Assembly (NCBI GenBank): GCA_046759985.1
Contig: JBHIDH010000003.1
Span: forward strand, 2,245-66,244
Origin: Thermoplasmata archaeon
GTDB lineage: Archaea; Thermoplasmatota; Thermoplasmata; RBG-16-68-12; JAJISG01
Length of the DNA: 64,000 nucleotides
Direction: 5' to 3'
In this document: positions 1 through 10,140 of the stretch, one piece after another
Layout: the number at the start of each line of letters is the position of its first letter
Position numbering within the stretch: the stretch's first letter is position 1
The notes under the pieces: generated by a model
What the model saw: the letters and a program-made list of their open reading frames with translations, nothing else
What the model was told of the DNA's origin: nothing
Database searches by the model: none
Position numbers and translations under genes: made by a program

Positions 1-346
1 CCATCCCGGGCTTCGGCTCGATATCCTGACGATGGAACTCCCGCAGCGGGAAGAGCTCCACGAGCTTCGGGTCGCGCTCGCCCATGCCCTTGTCCGGGGG
101 GATGACCACCTCCTTCTCCTCCCCCACCTTGGCGTCGAGGATCGCCGCCTCCAGTCCCTCCATCAGCCGTCCTCCGCCCACTAAGACAGGCAACGGGCCG
201 TAGGACCGCTTCTCCTCGAAGAGGTCGTTCTCCTTGGCGCGCGCCTCGTCGGTCGTGTCGAAGAGTTGCGGCGGACCGCCGGGCGTCTCGATCCACCCGT
301 CGTACTCCAGGTAGACCAGGTTGCCCACCTTGATGGATTCGGCCAT
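1..346 (-). CDS. FKBP-type peptidyl-prolyl cis-trans isomerase (partial; C-terminus lies beyond the window edge)
   Basis: Absent from the ORF track because there is no stop in the window. Hand translation of the reverse strand from ATG (complement of 346..344) gives MAESIKVGNLVYLEYDGWIETPGGPPQLFDTTDEARAKENDLFEEKRSYGPLPVLVGGGRLMEGLEAAILDAKVGEEKEVVIPPDKGMGERDPKLVELFPLREF. This matches the short archaeal FKBP/SlyD-like pattern. Confidence 0.7.
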   Translation of the reverse strand, partial: MAESIKVGNLVYLEYDGWIETPGGPPQLFDTTDEARAKENDLFEEKRSYGPLPVLVGGGRLMEGLEAAILDAKVGEEKEVVIPPDKGMGERDPKLVELFPLREFHRQDIEPKPGM

Positions 347-395
347 GGGACCCTCACGTCGCAAGTCGAGAGGCCGATAAAACCTTACCGAAGGC

Positions 396-1316
396 CTAGC
401 GGTGGACCTCGTATCCCAGGGCTTCCGAGATGGCCTTGTACCGATTGCGGATCGTCACCTCGGTAACCCCGGCGACCTCCGCCACGTCCTTCTGCGTGCA
501 GGGGCGGCCGTTGAGCATGGCGGCGATGTAGATGGTGGCCGCGGCGACCCCGGAGGGGGCCACGCCGGAGGCGAGCTCCTCCCGCTCCACGGCGTCGAGG
601 ATCTCCAGGGCCTTGCGCTGGACCTCCATGTCCAGGCCGAGCTTGTTGCAGAACCGGGGAATGTAGTCCCGGGGGGACTGGGGCAGGAGCTTCAGCCCGA
701 GGGCCCGGGTGAGGGTCCGATAGGTCCGCCCGATGCTCTTCCGCTCCACCGCGGACTTATCCGCGATCTCGTCCAGGGTGCGGGGGACGCCGCACTGGCG
801 GCAGGAGGCGTAGAGGGTGGCCGCGACGACCTCGTCGATGCTCCGCCCTCGGACGAGGTTCTTCGTGGAGGCCTTCCGGTACAGCACGGCGGCGCTCTCC
901 CGGACGTGCCGGGGCAGCCCCATCTTGGAGGCCATGGTGTTGATCTCGGTCAGTCCCTGGGCGAGGCTTCTCTCCCCCGAGCGGGAGGTGCGGATCCGGT
1001 GCTGCCACTTCCGGAGCCGATAGATCTGGGCCCGGGAGCGGTGGGGAATCGTGCGGCCGTAGGCGTCCTTGTTCCGCCATCCGATCTGGGTGGAGAGGCC
1101 CTTGTCGTGGCTCATGATGGTGGAAGGGGGACCTGCCCTCTCCCGGGCCTCCCGCTGCTCCGAGTCAAAGGCCCGCCATTCGGGACCCTCGTCGATGAGC
1201 TGCTCGTCGAGCACCAGCCCACAATCCTCGCAGATCACCTCCGCCCGCTCGTAGTCGCGGATGAGGTGGGGACTGTTGCATTCTGGACAGCGGGTGACAA
1301 TCTCCACTTCCGCCAT
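396..1316 (-). CDS. tfb: Transcription initiation factor IIB (TFB)
   Basis: 306 aa. It has an N-terminal Zn-ribbon (CPECNS...CEDCG) followed by two cyclin-like repeats, typical of archaeal TFB. The ATG start lies 23 nt from a TATA palindrome. Confidence 0.95.
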   Translation of the reverse strand: MAEVEIVTRCPECNSPHLIRDYERAEVICEDCGLVLDEQLIDEGPEWRAFDSEQREARERAGPPSTIMSHDKGLSTQIGWRNKDAYGRTIPHRSRAQIYRLRKWQHRIRTSRSGERSLAQGLTEINTMASKMGLPRHVRESAAVLYRKASTKNLVRGRSIDEVVAATLYASCRQCGVPRTLDEIADKSAVERKSIGRTYRTLTRALGLKLLPQSPRDYIPRFCNKLGLDMEVQRKALEILDAVEREELASGVAPSGVAAATIYIAAMLNGRPCTQKDVAEVAGVTEVTIRNRYKAISEALGYEVHR

Positions 1317-1338
1317 GAACGGCTATTTACGTAACCCA

Positions 1339-1354
1339 CAATATTTAAATATTG
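1339..1354. promoter_or_regulatory. Perfect 16-bp palindromic TATA element, CAATATTTAAATATTG, serving divergent leaderless genes
   Basis: This is the only AT-rich stretch in the 60-bp divergent intergenic region. It lies exactly 23 nt from the tfb ATG (1316, minus) and 23 nt from the GTG at 1377 (plus). Confidence 0.55.
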
Positions 1355-1376
1355 GCCGAGTAGGTCGGCGGCGCTA

Positions 1377-1814
1377 GTGATTGCTATGGAAGGGCAGACC
1401 ACGCCCGCGCCCCCGACGCCCCCGGCTCCCCCGCCTCAGGAGCCTGCCCAGCCGGAAGTCCCCGGCGGCCGCCTCGTTCAGGGACCGGTTCTCAGGGCGG
1501 GTATCATCGTCATCGGCGTCCTGCTGCTCAGCGCCGCTGTTCTCCTGCGGGTTCTCGGGCTCGTCGACCCGGCATCGTTCCCGTCCGCCGAGGGCCACAC
1601 GAACTTCGTGCGTATCGTGGTCAGTATGTCGGCCATTCTCGTGGACGTGGCGATGTTCCTCCTCCTGATGTTCGCCCTCTTGGTCGGCGTGCAGCGGACG
1701 GATCTGAGCGACTCGACCCGGAAGGCGTTCATGGCCTTCGCCCTCATCCTGTTCATCTCCTGGTTCCTGGTGGTTCTCTTCCAGAGCCGGGCCGTTCCCT
1801 TCTTCTTCCCCTGA
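1377..1814 (+). CDS. Hypothetical integral membrane protein (Pro-rich N-terminus, 3-4 hydrophobic helices)
   Basis: 145-aa ORF with clear hydrophobic segments (IIVIGVLLLSAAVLL, ILVDVAMFLLLMFALLV, MAFALILFISWFLVVLF). GTG 1377 sits symmetrically to the tfb start around the TATA palindrome; ATG 1386 is an alternative start. Confidence 0.5.
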   Translation: MIAMEGQTTPAPPTPPAPPPQEPAQPEVPGGRLVQGPVLRAGIIVIGVLLLSAAVLLRVLGLVDPASFPSAEGHTNFVRIVVSMSAILVDVAMFLLLMFALLVGVQRTDLSDSTRKAFMAFALILFISWFLVVLFQSRAVPFFFP

Positions 1815-1871
1815 CCCGGGGCGCAGCCGGGAAAGGTTGAAGAGCCCCGCCCCGTCTGTCGAGGGGATCCT

Positions 1872-2357
1872 ATGGCCGGTCAACTCCCCGAGGAAGGCCA
1901 GCCCGCCCCCGACTTCACCCTCCCCTCCTCCGAGGGCGGCGAGGTCTCCCTGCGAGACCTCCGCGGCAGGAACGTCATCCTCTACTTCTACGTCCGCGAC
2001 GCGACCCCGGGCTGCACGCAGCAGGCGTGCGACTTTCGGGACAACCTGGTCAGGCTCCGGAGCACCGACACGGAGGTTCTGGGCGTCAGCGACGACGACC
2101 TCGCCTCCCACGACAAGTTCGCCGCCAAGTACGAACTCCCCTTCCCCCTCCTCGCCGACGCGGACCACGCCGTCTCCGAGGCGTACGGCGTGTGGCAGCT
2201 GAAGAAGCAGTACGGCCGGGAGTACTGGGGCATCGTTAGGACGACCTTCGTTATCGACAAGGAAGGGGTCGTCCGGAAGGTCTTCCCCCGGGTCCGCGTG
2301 AAGGGGCATGTGGACGCGGTCCGGGCGTTCATCGAAGAGCAGATGGAAGCCCTCTGA
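1872..2357 (+). CDS. bcp: Peroxiredoxin, Bcp type (thioredoxin-dependent thiol peroxidase)
   Basis: 161 aa. PAPDFTLPS...ILYFYVRDATPGCTQQACDFRD contains the peroxidatic TPGCT motif of the Bcp/PrxQ family. Confidence 0.9.
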   Translation: MAGQLPEEGQPAPDFTLPSSEGGEVSLRDLRGRNVILYFYVRDATPGCTQQACDFRDNLVRLRSTDTEVLGVSDDDLASHDKFAAKYELPFPLLADADHAVSEAYGVWQLKKQYGREYWGIVRTTFVIDKEGVVRKVFPRVRVKGHVDAVRAFIEEQMEAL

Positions 2358-2454
2358 GGCTTCGTTCTCCCTCCCCGAACCGACCCCACAACGCTTATAT
2401 ACGGGCGTATCCTAGCTTCAAACGCAGTTTTTGGCCCTTTTGGGTGAGGGTACT

Positions 2455-3096
2455 ATGCCGGAAACTAACGTAGGGCTGCAGTCCGGGACGACCACCCTCG
2501 GACTCGTGTGCAAGGACGGCGTGGTCATGGCCGCGGAGAAGCGGGCGACGGCGGGCACCTTGATCGCCCATAAGACGACCCGCAAGGTCTTCAAGCTCGA
2601 CGACAACCTGGCCATCACGACGGCCGGGTTCGTGGGGGACCTGCAGTCCCTGACCCGCTACATCACGGCCGAGGTGGAGCTCTACCGCCTCAAGCGGGGG
2701 ATCCCGATGCCCGTGGAGGCGGCGGCGACCCTGACCGCCAACATCCTGGCGGGTCGGCGGTTCGCTCCCTACCTCGTCCAACTCGTCATCGGGGGCGTGG
2801 ACAGCAAGGGGAACCACGTCTACTCCCTCGACCTGGCCGGGGGCTCGATTCCCGACAACTACGTCACCACCGGTTCCGGCTCGCCCTACGTATACGGGGT
2901 GTTGGAGGACCAGTATCGAGAAGGGATGACCGCCAGCGAGGGCACGGATCTCGCCATTCGGGCCATCACGGCCGCCATGAAGCGGGACGCTGCCTCGGGC
3001 GACGGCATCAATGTGGTCCGTATCACCGGGGAGGGCTTCGATGAGGTCTCCGACGAGGAGATCGAGAAGCGCGCGAAAAAGATGAACCTCACGTGA
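2455..3096 (+). CDS. psmB: Proteasome subunit beta
   Basis: A short propeptide is followed by the active-site start TTTLGLVCKDGVVMAAEKRAT. I trimmed the track ORF (TTG 2431) to the in-frame ATG 2455. A TTATATA box lies at 2395-2401. Confidence 0.93.
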   Translation: MPETNVGLQSGTTTLGLVCKDGVVMAAEKRATAGTLIAHKTTRKVFKLDDNLAITTAGFVGDLQSLTRYITAEVELYRLKRGIPMPVEAAATLTANILAGRRFAPYLVQLVIGGVDSKGNHVYSLDLAGGSIPDNYVTTGSGSPYVYGVLEDQYREGMTASEGTDLAIRAITAAMKRDAASGDGINVVRITGEGFDEVSDEEIEKRAKKMNLT

Positions 3097-3128
3097 ACCC
3101 CTTTCACGCAGCTGGGTGCACATAGCCC

Positions 3129-5039
3129 ATGTCGTTGGACGCAACCCTCGGCGCAGCCGAGAATATCGTCAGAAAGATCGTCCCCAAGGACGTCGAACTG
3201 ACCAGCGTGGACCTCGAGGGTCCCGTGGTTGTCATCTACACGCGAAGCATGGACATCTTCGCGGACAACCAGGACCTGGTCCGTCAGCTAGCCCAAGGGC
3301 TGCGCCGACGCGTGGCCATCCGCCCCGATCCCTCGCTCCTCTCTCCCGTCGAGGACGCGGAAGCGGCCATCCGGAAGTTCATCCCGGATCAGGCGGAGAT
3401 CCAGAACGTCCACTTCGAGCAGGAGACGGGGGAGGTCACCATCGAGGCCCTCGCCCCCGGCCTGGTCATCGGCCGCCAGGGGGCGCTCCTGAACGAGATC
3501 AAGAAGCGCATCGGATGGGTGCCCAAGGTGGTCCGGGCCCCGCCGATTCCCTCGAAGACGGTGGACGAGATTCGCCAATACCTGCGATCGGTCCACGACG
3601 AACGGCTGGACTTCCTCCGCCGACAGGGCCGGCGCATCTCCCGGACGATGGCCCCCGGAGAGCAATACGTCCGGGTGACGAGCCTCGGAGGGTTCCGGCA
3701 AGTCGGCCGGTCCGCCCTGCTTGTCATGACCCGGGAGAGCAAGATTCTCGTGGACGTCGGGGTGGACGTGGGCTCCGAGAACAACGGCGGCCCCTACCTC
3801 AACGCCCCGGAGGCGATGCCCCTGGAGGCCCTGGACGCGGTGGTCCTCACCCACGCCCACCTAGACCACTGCGGTCTGGCCCCCGTCCTCTACAAGTACG
3901 GCTACGACGGGCCCATCTACACCACGGCGCCGACGCGGGACCTGGCCTCCCTGCTCCAGATTGACTACATCAAGGTGGCCTTCGGGGAGGGCAAGAAGCC
4001 CCCCTACGAGTCCCCGCAGATCCGCGAGGCGGTCAAGCGGACGATTCCGCTGAAGTACGGGGAGACCACGGACATCGCCCCCGACATCCGTCTCACCCTG
4101 CAGAACGCCGGCCACATCCTGGGCAGCGCAACGACCCACTTCCACATCGGGGACGGCCTCTACAACGTCGCCGTCACCGGGGACATCAAGTTCGAGAAGA
4201 CGTGGCTCTTCAATGCCGCCGTGAACAAGTTCCCCCGCCTCGAGACCCTCATCATGGAGTCGACCTACGGCGGGTACCATGACACCCAGCCCAGCCGGCA
4301 CGACGCCGCCCGCAAGCTCCGGGAGATCGGATCCCGCGTCCTCGGGCGTGGGGGGAAGGTCCTCGTCCCCGTCTTCGCCGTGGGCCGTAGCCAGGAGGTC
4401 ATGCTGGTCCTCGAGGAGATGATGCGGAAGAAGCAGATTCCCAAGGTTCCCGTCTACCTGGACGGCATGATCTGGGAGGCCACGGCCATCCACACCGCCT
4501 ATCCGGAGTACTTGAACAACCAGCTCCGGACCCGGATTTTCCAGACGGGGGAGAACCCCTTCGTCTCCACGGTCTTCGAGCGGGTCGACAGCGTCGACAA
4601 GCGCATCGAGATCACGGATGACCCCGACCCGTGCATCGTCCTGGCCACGAGCGGCATGATGAACGGGGGGCCCATCATGGAGTACTTCAAGGCGTGGGCG
4701 GACAACCCCAAACACGCCCTCATCTTCGTCGGCTTCAACGCGGAGGGCACCCTGGCCCGGCGGATCCAGCGGGAGCGCCGCGAGATCACAATCAACGATC
4801 GGGGCAAGCCCCTGACCCTGAAGGTGAAGTTGGACGTGGAGACCATCGACGGCTTCTCCGGTCACTCCGACCGGCTGCAGCTGCTGAACTACGTGGGGAG
4901 CATGGAGCCCCGGCCGGAGCGGGTCCTCGTCGGGCACGGGGAAGAGCACAAGTGCCTGGATCTGGCATCGACCCTCTACAAGAAGTTCGGGATGGAGACG
5001 CGGGCCCCCTTCAACCTGGAGACCGTCCGGCTGAAGTAG
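3129..5039 (+). CDS. fttA: aCPSF1/FttA: KH-domain beta-CASP metallo-beta-lactamase ribonuclease (archaeal transcription termination factor)
   Basis: 636 aa. N-terminal KH-like region, then the metallo-beta-lactamase motif THAHLDHCG and beta-CASP motifs. Length and architecture are typical of aCPSF1. Confidence 0.93.
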   Translation: MSLDATLGAAENIVRKIVPKDVELTSVDLEGPVVVIYTRSMDIFADNQDLVRQLAQGLRRRVAIRPDPSLLSPVEDAEAAIRKFIPDQAEIQNVHFEQETGEVTIEALAPGLVIGRQGALLNEIKKRIGWVPKVVRAPPIPSKTVDEIRQYLRSVHDERLDFLRRQGRRISRTMAPGEQYVRVTSLGGFRQVGRSALLVMTRESKILVDVGVDVGSENNGGPYLNAPEAMPLEALDAVVLTHAHLDHCGLAPVLYKYGYDGPIYTTAPTRDLASLLQIDYIKVAFGEGKKPPYESPQIREAVKRTIPLKYGETTDIAPDIRLTLQNAGHILGSATTHFHIGDGLYNVAVTGDIKFEKTWLFNAAVNKFPRLETLIMESTYGGYHDTQPSRHDAARKLREIGSRVLGRGGKVLVPVFAVGRSQEVMLVLEEMMRKKQIPKVPVYLDGMIWEATAIHTAYPEYLNNQLRTRIFQTGENPFVSTVFERVDSVDKRIEITDDPDPCIVLATSGMMNGGPIMEYFKAWADNPKHALIFVGFNAEGTLARRIQRERREITINDRGKPLTLKVKLDVETIDGFSGHSDRLQLLNYVGSMEPRPERVLVGHGEEHKCLDLASTLYKKFGMETRAPFNLETVRLK

Positions 5040-5117
5040 GCATCCGACCCGCTGCCCAACCCGGCTCCCTGCATCCTTTCTCCTCAAGCCTTAAGGGGCA
5101 CCCGTCCGTGCCTCCTC

Positions 5118-5708
5118 GTGCGTGCGGAGGGGGCGAGGTCGGCGGGGGAACGGTTCCCCGCACCGGGGCCGCCCCCGAACTCGCAGGCGGCGAGGAGAAC
5201 GCCCTCTCCCAGAGAACTGTACGAACGGGTCAAGGACCTCCTGTCGTGGGAGGCATTCGGGCAGCGTCTCCGCGAGGAGGCGGAGGCTTGGGGGGGTCTC
5301 CTAGACGAGGAGGCCGCGGCGCTCCTCGTGGTCGACGCCCTCGGTCGGAACGAGGTCGCCTTTGGCCGGGTGGCCGACCTGTACGAAGGGGGAGAGGCCC
5401 TTCTCCGAGTGCAGGTGGACCAGGTGGGGCCGGTCCAGGACTTTGAGCGACGGGACGGGGGCGAGGGACGGGTCGTGAAGCTCAACGTCTCCGATGCCTC
5501 GGGCACCGTCCGCCTCGTCCTCCGGGACGAGGAGGTGGAGCTGGTCACGTCGGGGACCGCGCAGGAAGGGGGGAGGATCAAGGTCGTGGACGGGTACGTC
5601 CGGCGGGGACGGCAGGGTCTGGAAGTGGGCACGGGCAAGTGGGGCGTGGTCCTGCCCGGGGATCCGGAGGAAGCGTCGGAAGCCGTCGGTTCTCAGTTCC
5701 GGTTTTGA
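5118..5708 (+). CDS. OB-fold nucleic-acid-binding protein (RPA-related)
   Basis: 196 aa. The C-terminal half (GRVVKLNVSDASGTVRLVLRDEEVELV...GRIKVVDGYVRRG) has the RPA-type OB-fold pattern. GTG 5118 lies about 28 nt downstream of a CCTTAAGG box at 5089-5096. Confidence 0.55.
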   Translation: MRAEGARSAGERFPAPGPPPNSQAARRTPSPRELYERVKDLLSWEAFGQRLREEAEAWGGLLDEEAAALLVVDALGRNEVAFGRVADLYEGGEALLRVQVDQVGPVQDFERRDGGEGRVVKLNVSDASGTVRLVLRDEEVELVTSGTAQEGGRIKVVDGYVRRGRQGLEVGTGKWGVVLPGDPEEASEAVGSQFRF

Positions 5709-5728
5709 CCGTCGTCGTTCCCCGATTC

Positions 5729-5769
5729 GGCGGCGGCTCTGACCGCCGCCCCTTTCCCCTTTTTCTTTC
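5729..5769 (+). terminator. GC hairpin plus T-rich tract downstream of the OB-fold gene
   Basis: GGCGGCGG (5729-5736) pairs perfectly with CCGCCGCC (5743-5750) across a 6-nt loop. It is followed by CCTTTCCCCTTTTTCTTTC, which resembles an archaeal oligo-T terminator. Confidence 0.5.
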
Positions 5770-5914
5770 GAGAACGGACTGTTTGGAATTAGCACGGGCG
5801 TGGCGGAAGAGCGCTGTCAAGAGAGCATTAGCTAATACAGTCCAAAAATCAAGAAAGAGGAGTGACGAACCGCGAACTCATCCCTTCATCGGCCGGACTG
5901 GGCACCCAGTGTTC

Positions 5915-6190
5915 CTAAGGCTCAGTGTGTGGCTTGGGCTCGTGGCGCGGGCAAAGCGGGTTATTGCCTATTGCCTCACCGGCATTGCTGTTCTCGCCCG
6001 AAATACCATTGACAAAGCCTTCATGTCCAGGACTTTCTGGGTCGGCGATGTGGCTGCCGACTGGGGCCCAGGGACCGTTTGCAAGTCCAGGGTGGCTCTG
6101 TTCAGGATGAGCGGCTGCCTGGAACGACACGAAGATGAGGGACATCAGCAGGAACCCGGCAAGGCCCAGCACGACTTTCGTAACTCTCAT
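5915..6190 (-). CDS. Small secreted His-rich protein (signal peptide plus ~65-aa mature part), function unknown
   Basis: I trimmed the track ORF to the in-frame ATG at 6190, which follows a strong SD (GGGGGAGGTGAcgaaaatATG). MRVTKVVLGLAGFLLMSLIFVSFQAAA looks like a signal peptide. The mature part carries 7 His in HP/GH/PH contexts. The gene lies in a lower-GC island. Confidence 0.5.
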   Translation of the reverse strand: MRVTKVVLGLAGFLLMSLIFVSFQAAAHPEQSHPGLANGPWAPVGSHIADPESPGHEGFVNGISGENSNAGEAIGNNPLCPRHEPKPHTEP

Positions 6191-6428
6191 ATTTTCGTCA
6201 CCTCCCCCCACTCTGTGGGCCTCGGGTATTTTTATGGCGCCCCCTCCTCGGCGCAAACCGCTCGCGTGCGAGGGCGTAGCAGGGCCATAAAGGTTCGCGT
6301 AAAATCAACTCTGATAACGAGCCAGCTCGCCTCTCGATGGGCGCCGGTCGTCGGCCCTCCTCCGCTCTCTTCTTTTTTTGAAACGCCACGGGACCGGGTA
6401 GCAGGCCCCCGACGGGAGGCGGGCTGTC

Positions 6429-7112
6429 TTGGCTGAGGACCAGACCTCCCTCGAGGGCTTCGTCGTCCTCCGCCTCGAGGACTTGGAGGATGCCGTGGAG
6501 AGAGTGCTCAAGAAGCACGGGATCCTCAGCCTCGCCAAGAAACGGGTCTCGTGGAACCGCAAGTATTGGGGCGACGAGAACTGGCTGGAGTGCCGGGCCC
6601 ACGCCCTCCGCCTCGTCCGGCGAAACCTCATCGTCGCGTGGGCTGACCTGGATCAGGACCCCTACTTCCACCTGCCCAAGGAGGACGGGGGCGCGGGCTG
6701 GACTCAATCCAATCAGTTGCACCGGGCCATCGACCAGCACTTCCTCCCCAACAGACCCAAGGCCCACGACAGCCCCCAGCTCCGTGCCTTCCAGACCGGC
6801 AAGAGGATGTGCCGCTACCTGACCCTGGACAAGTGGGGGCATTGCGCCGCGCGGGAGGCTTTGCGGGTTGAGGGGCGGGAGAGTCCCGCCACCCTCCGAC
6901 GTCTTCGCGAGAGGTTCGGTTGGACGGAGCCCTGCGAGTTGGATCGCCGACGTTACGACCGCCCCGAGAGGGTTGAAGAGGACCTTCAACTCCCAGTAAT
7001 CGTAAGCGATTCTGGGGAGGAAGTCCCCCCCAGTGACGAGCTAAGCGAGGAGGAAAAGGCCATCGTGGAGGCCGCGATACGTGAATCCAGTAATGAAGGT
7101 GAGGGGAGTTAG
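6429..7112 (+). CDS. Hypothetical protein (227 aa, acidic C-terminus), no family recognised
   Basis: The ORF has protein-like composition and C/G-rich third codon positions. The TTG start is uncertain. The stop codon lies in the loop of hairpin 7103-7121. Confidence 0.45.
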   Translation: MAEDQTSLEGFVVLRLEDLEDAVERVLKKHGILSLAKKRVSWNRKYWGDENWLECRAHALRLVRRNLIVAWADLDQDPYFHLPKEDGGAGWTQSNQLHRAIDQHFLPNRPKAHDSPQLRAFQTGKRMCRYLTLDKWGHCAAREALRVEGRESPATLRRLRERFGWTEPCELDRRRYDRPERVEEDLQLPVIVSDSGEEVPPSDELSEEEKAIVEAAIRESSNEGEGS

Positions 7113-7319
7113 TTACTCCCCAGTAAGTAAGTATAGAGGAGTACTACACCCGAGGGCTCCTCGTCGCCAACCGTGGCCCCTCTTCAGGAGTGCCTCGGGC
7201 CTCCGCGAGGCCCTCGCCCGCCAGCCGACCGGGGCTCTCTCCCTGAGGTTGCTTACGCTTACTGGGACCCCCCGGGCCTGGCCGGAGGGGGTAACCGCTT
7301 CCCGCCTGGGAAGACGCTC

Positions 7320-7326
7320 TTATATA
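7320..7326 (+). promoter_or_regulatory. TATA box (TTATATA) for the VOC-family gene, leaderless geometry
   Basis: An AT-rich heptamer in GC-rich sequence, 23 nt upstream of ATG 7349. Confidence 0.45.
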
Positions 7327-7348
7327 GAAACGTCCAATCGGCACGTCC

Positions 7349-7729
7349 ATGACGAAATCCCAGCTCCGCGACATCGGCCACATCCTCATCGGAGTGGAGG
7401 ACATGGATGCAGCCCTGGGCTTCTACCGCGACCTCCTGGGATTCGAGGTCGTCGGAGAGGTGACCCCCGCCTGGACCGAGGTGCGAGCGGCGGGCGGCAC
7501 CTTGACCCTGTATGGGGAGGAGCCCCTCCCGCCCATCGCGCTCGGGCCCGAGGGGGACCAGACCCCCTACGTCTTCCACGTCGACGACTTCGAGGCGGCG
7601 GCCGACTTCTTGGAAGCCCAGGGCGTGCGGGTGAAGCGGGACGGGCCCCAGGACGGCGTCGTGTGGGACCCCTTCGGCAACGTCATTGGCCTCCACGACC
7701 ATCGTGGGGAGAAGGAAGGCTGGGGTTAG
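7349..7729 (+). CDS. VOC family protein (glyoxalase/bleomycin-resistance/dioxygenase fold)
   Basis: 126 aa. IGHILIGVEDMDAALGFYRDLLGFEV...DPFGNVIGLHD is the classic VOC beta-alpha-beta-beta-beta pattern. Confidence 0.85.
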   Translation: MTKSQLRDIGHILIGVEDMDAALGFYRDLLGFEVVGEVTPAWTEVRAAGGTLTLYGEEPLPPIALGPEGDQTPYVFHVDDFEAAADFLEAQGVRVKRDGPQDGVVWDPFGNVIGLHDHRGEKEGWG

Positions 7730-7790
7730 CCCTCTGCCGCCTTCTCTGGTCAAACGGTAACGGCCACGCCTCGTCACAAACCGCTATCTT

Positions 7791-8072
7791 TCAGCGGCGG
7801 CGGAAGACGCCTATCTTTCTAAGACTCTTTCCCAACTCCTCAAGCTTTTCGTTGGCGGCCTTGAGTGCCGAGACGGCGTCGGCCGCCACTCCCCTCCCTA
7901 TCTCCTCGATTCTGACGCTCGCCTCTTCGAGGTTAAGCTTTTCGTTGGCGGCCTTGAGCGCCGAGATGGTGCGGGTCGCCACTCCGCTCCCTATCTCCTC
8001 GATTCTGACGCTCGCCTCTCCGAGCTTCTTCTTCACCCCTTCGAATGTTTTCTCGATTGGGTCTTCTGCCAT
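7791..8072 (-). CDS. Small alpha-helical protein built from two 31-aa repeats, function unknown
   Basis: 93 aa. EASVRIEEIGSGVATRTISALKAANEKLNLE is followed by EASVRIEEIGRGVAADAVSALKAANEKLEEL. ATG start. Confidence 0.55.
   Translation of the reverse strand: MAEDPIEKTFEGVKKKLGEASVRIEEIGSGVATRTISALKAANEKLNLEEASVRIEEIGRGVAADAVSALKAANEKLEELGKSLRKIGVFRRR
7842..8027. repeat. Direct tandem duplication, 2 x 93 bp, in frame inside the CDS
   Basis: Unit 1 spans 7842-7934 and unit 2 spans 7935-8027. Both begin AAGCTTTTCGTTGGCGGCCTTGAG. I counted about 10 mismatches per 93 bp by eye. Confidence 0.9.
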
Positions 8073-8328
8073 GCCTCCAGGAGATGCTCGGACAAGTATT
8101 TCTCAACTCGCCCCCTCATTGGCAACAGCCGTGCTCGCCCTCCCCGCTCGGACAGGGACACCGGCCGAAGCGTTCTCCGACGGTCATCTGGGAGCGTTCC
8201 GTTCTCAGTTCCGATTTTGATTGTCCACCCCGATTCTGAGCGGTGATTTTCAGGCCCGATGAACGGACCGGCATGTTAAATAGGGCAGAGCCGGGAACAA
8301 GCCCCACGGAGACTGAGAGGTACCCGCC

Positions 8329-8628
8329 ATGAACGACCCTGGCATTCTCGCCATGCCCGAGACCCGCCGGCTCCTGTTGGCCAGCCTCGGCCAGGCTCGC
8401 ACAGGGCGGCAATTGAGCGAGGTCACGGGCATCCCCATCGCGCGGTGCTACCGCCTCCTCCGCGAGCTTCACCTCCTCGAGCTCATCGACGTGGAGGGCG
8501 TTTACGTATCCCCCCGCGGGCAGGGCAAGCTCCTCTTCGGCGCGCGCCTCCCGGGGGTAGAGATTTTTGTCGACGGCACGCGGCTCCGGGGACGGATCCG
8601 GCATCCGTCCATCTCGGAACCTCCCTAG
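8329..8628 (+). CDS. Winged-helix (ArsR/TrmB-like) transcriptional regulator
   Basis: 99 aa. RRLLLASLGQARTGRQLSEVTGIPIARCYRLLRELHLLELI is an HTH plus wing pattern. A TTAAATAG box lies about 45 nt upstream. Confidence 0.65.
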   Translation: MNDPGILAMPETRRLLLASLGQARTGRQLSEVTGIPIARCYRLLRELHLLELIDVEGVYVSPRGQGKLLFGARLPGVEIFVDGTRLRGRIRHPSISEPP

Positions 8629-8731
8629 GGCTGCTATCAATTCCGGTTGTCGGTCTCAGTAATCACAGCAAATAATTTGCGCAAATCGCTTAAATAGACC
8701 GGCCAGGGGATGGTGGAGGGACGGAGGACAA

Positions 8732-10139
<1,408 letters not shown>

Positions 10140-10140
10140 C

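Noticed and set aside
3861-5087. 408-aa minus-strand ORF, and similar long antisense ORFs (18082-19416, 20511-22085, 23379-24461, 25357-26541, 45684-47189, 48662-49957, 49866-51146, 52576-53772, 57313-58734, 60796-62133, 61364-62536)
   Set aside because: Each is fully antisense or out of frame to a gene with strong family motifs. All have the same G/R/P/A/D-rich low-complexity composition, which is characteristic of non-coding frames in high-GC genomes.
7842-8027. Tandem repeat as a possible CRISPR or mini-satellite
   Set aside because: There are only two units, directly abutting with no spacers. The period is 93 bp and exactly in frame within a CDS. No cas genes are present.
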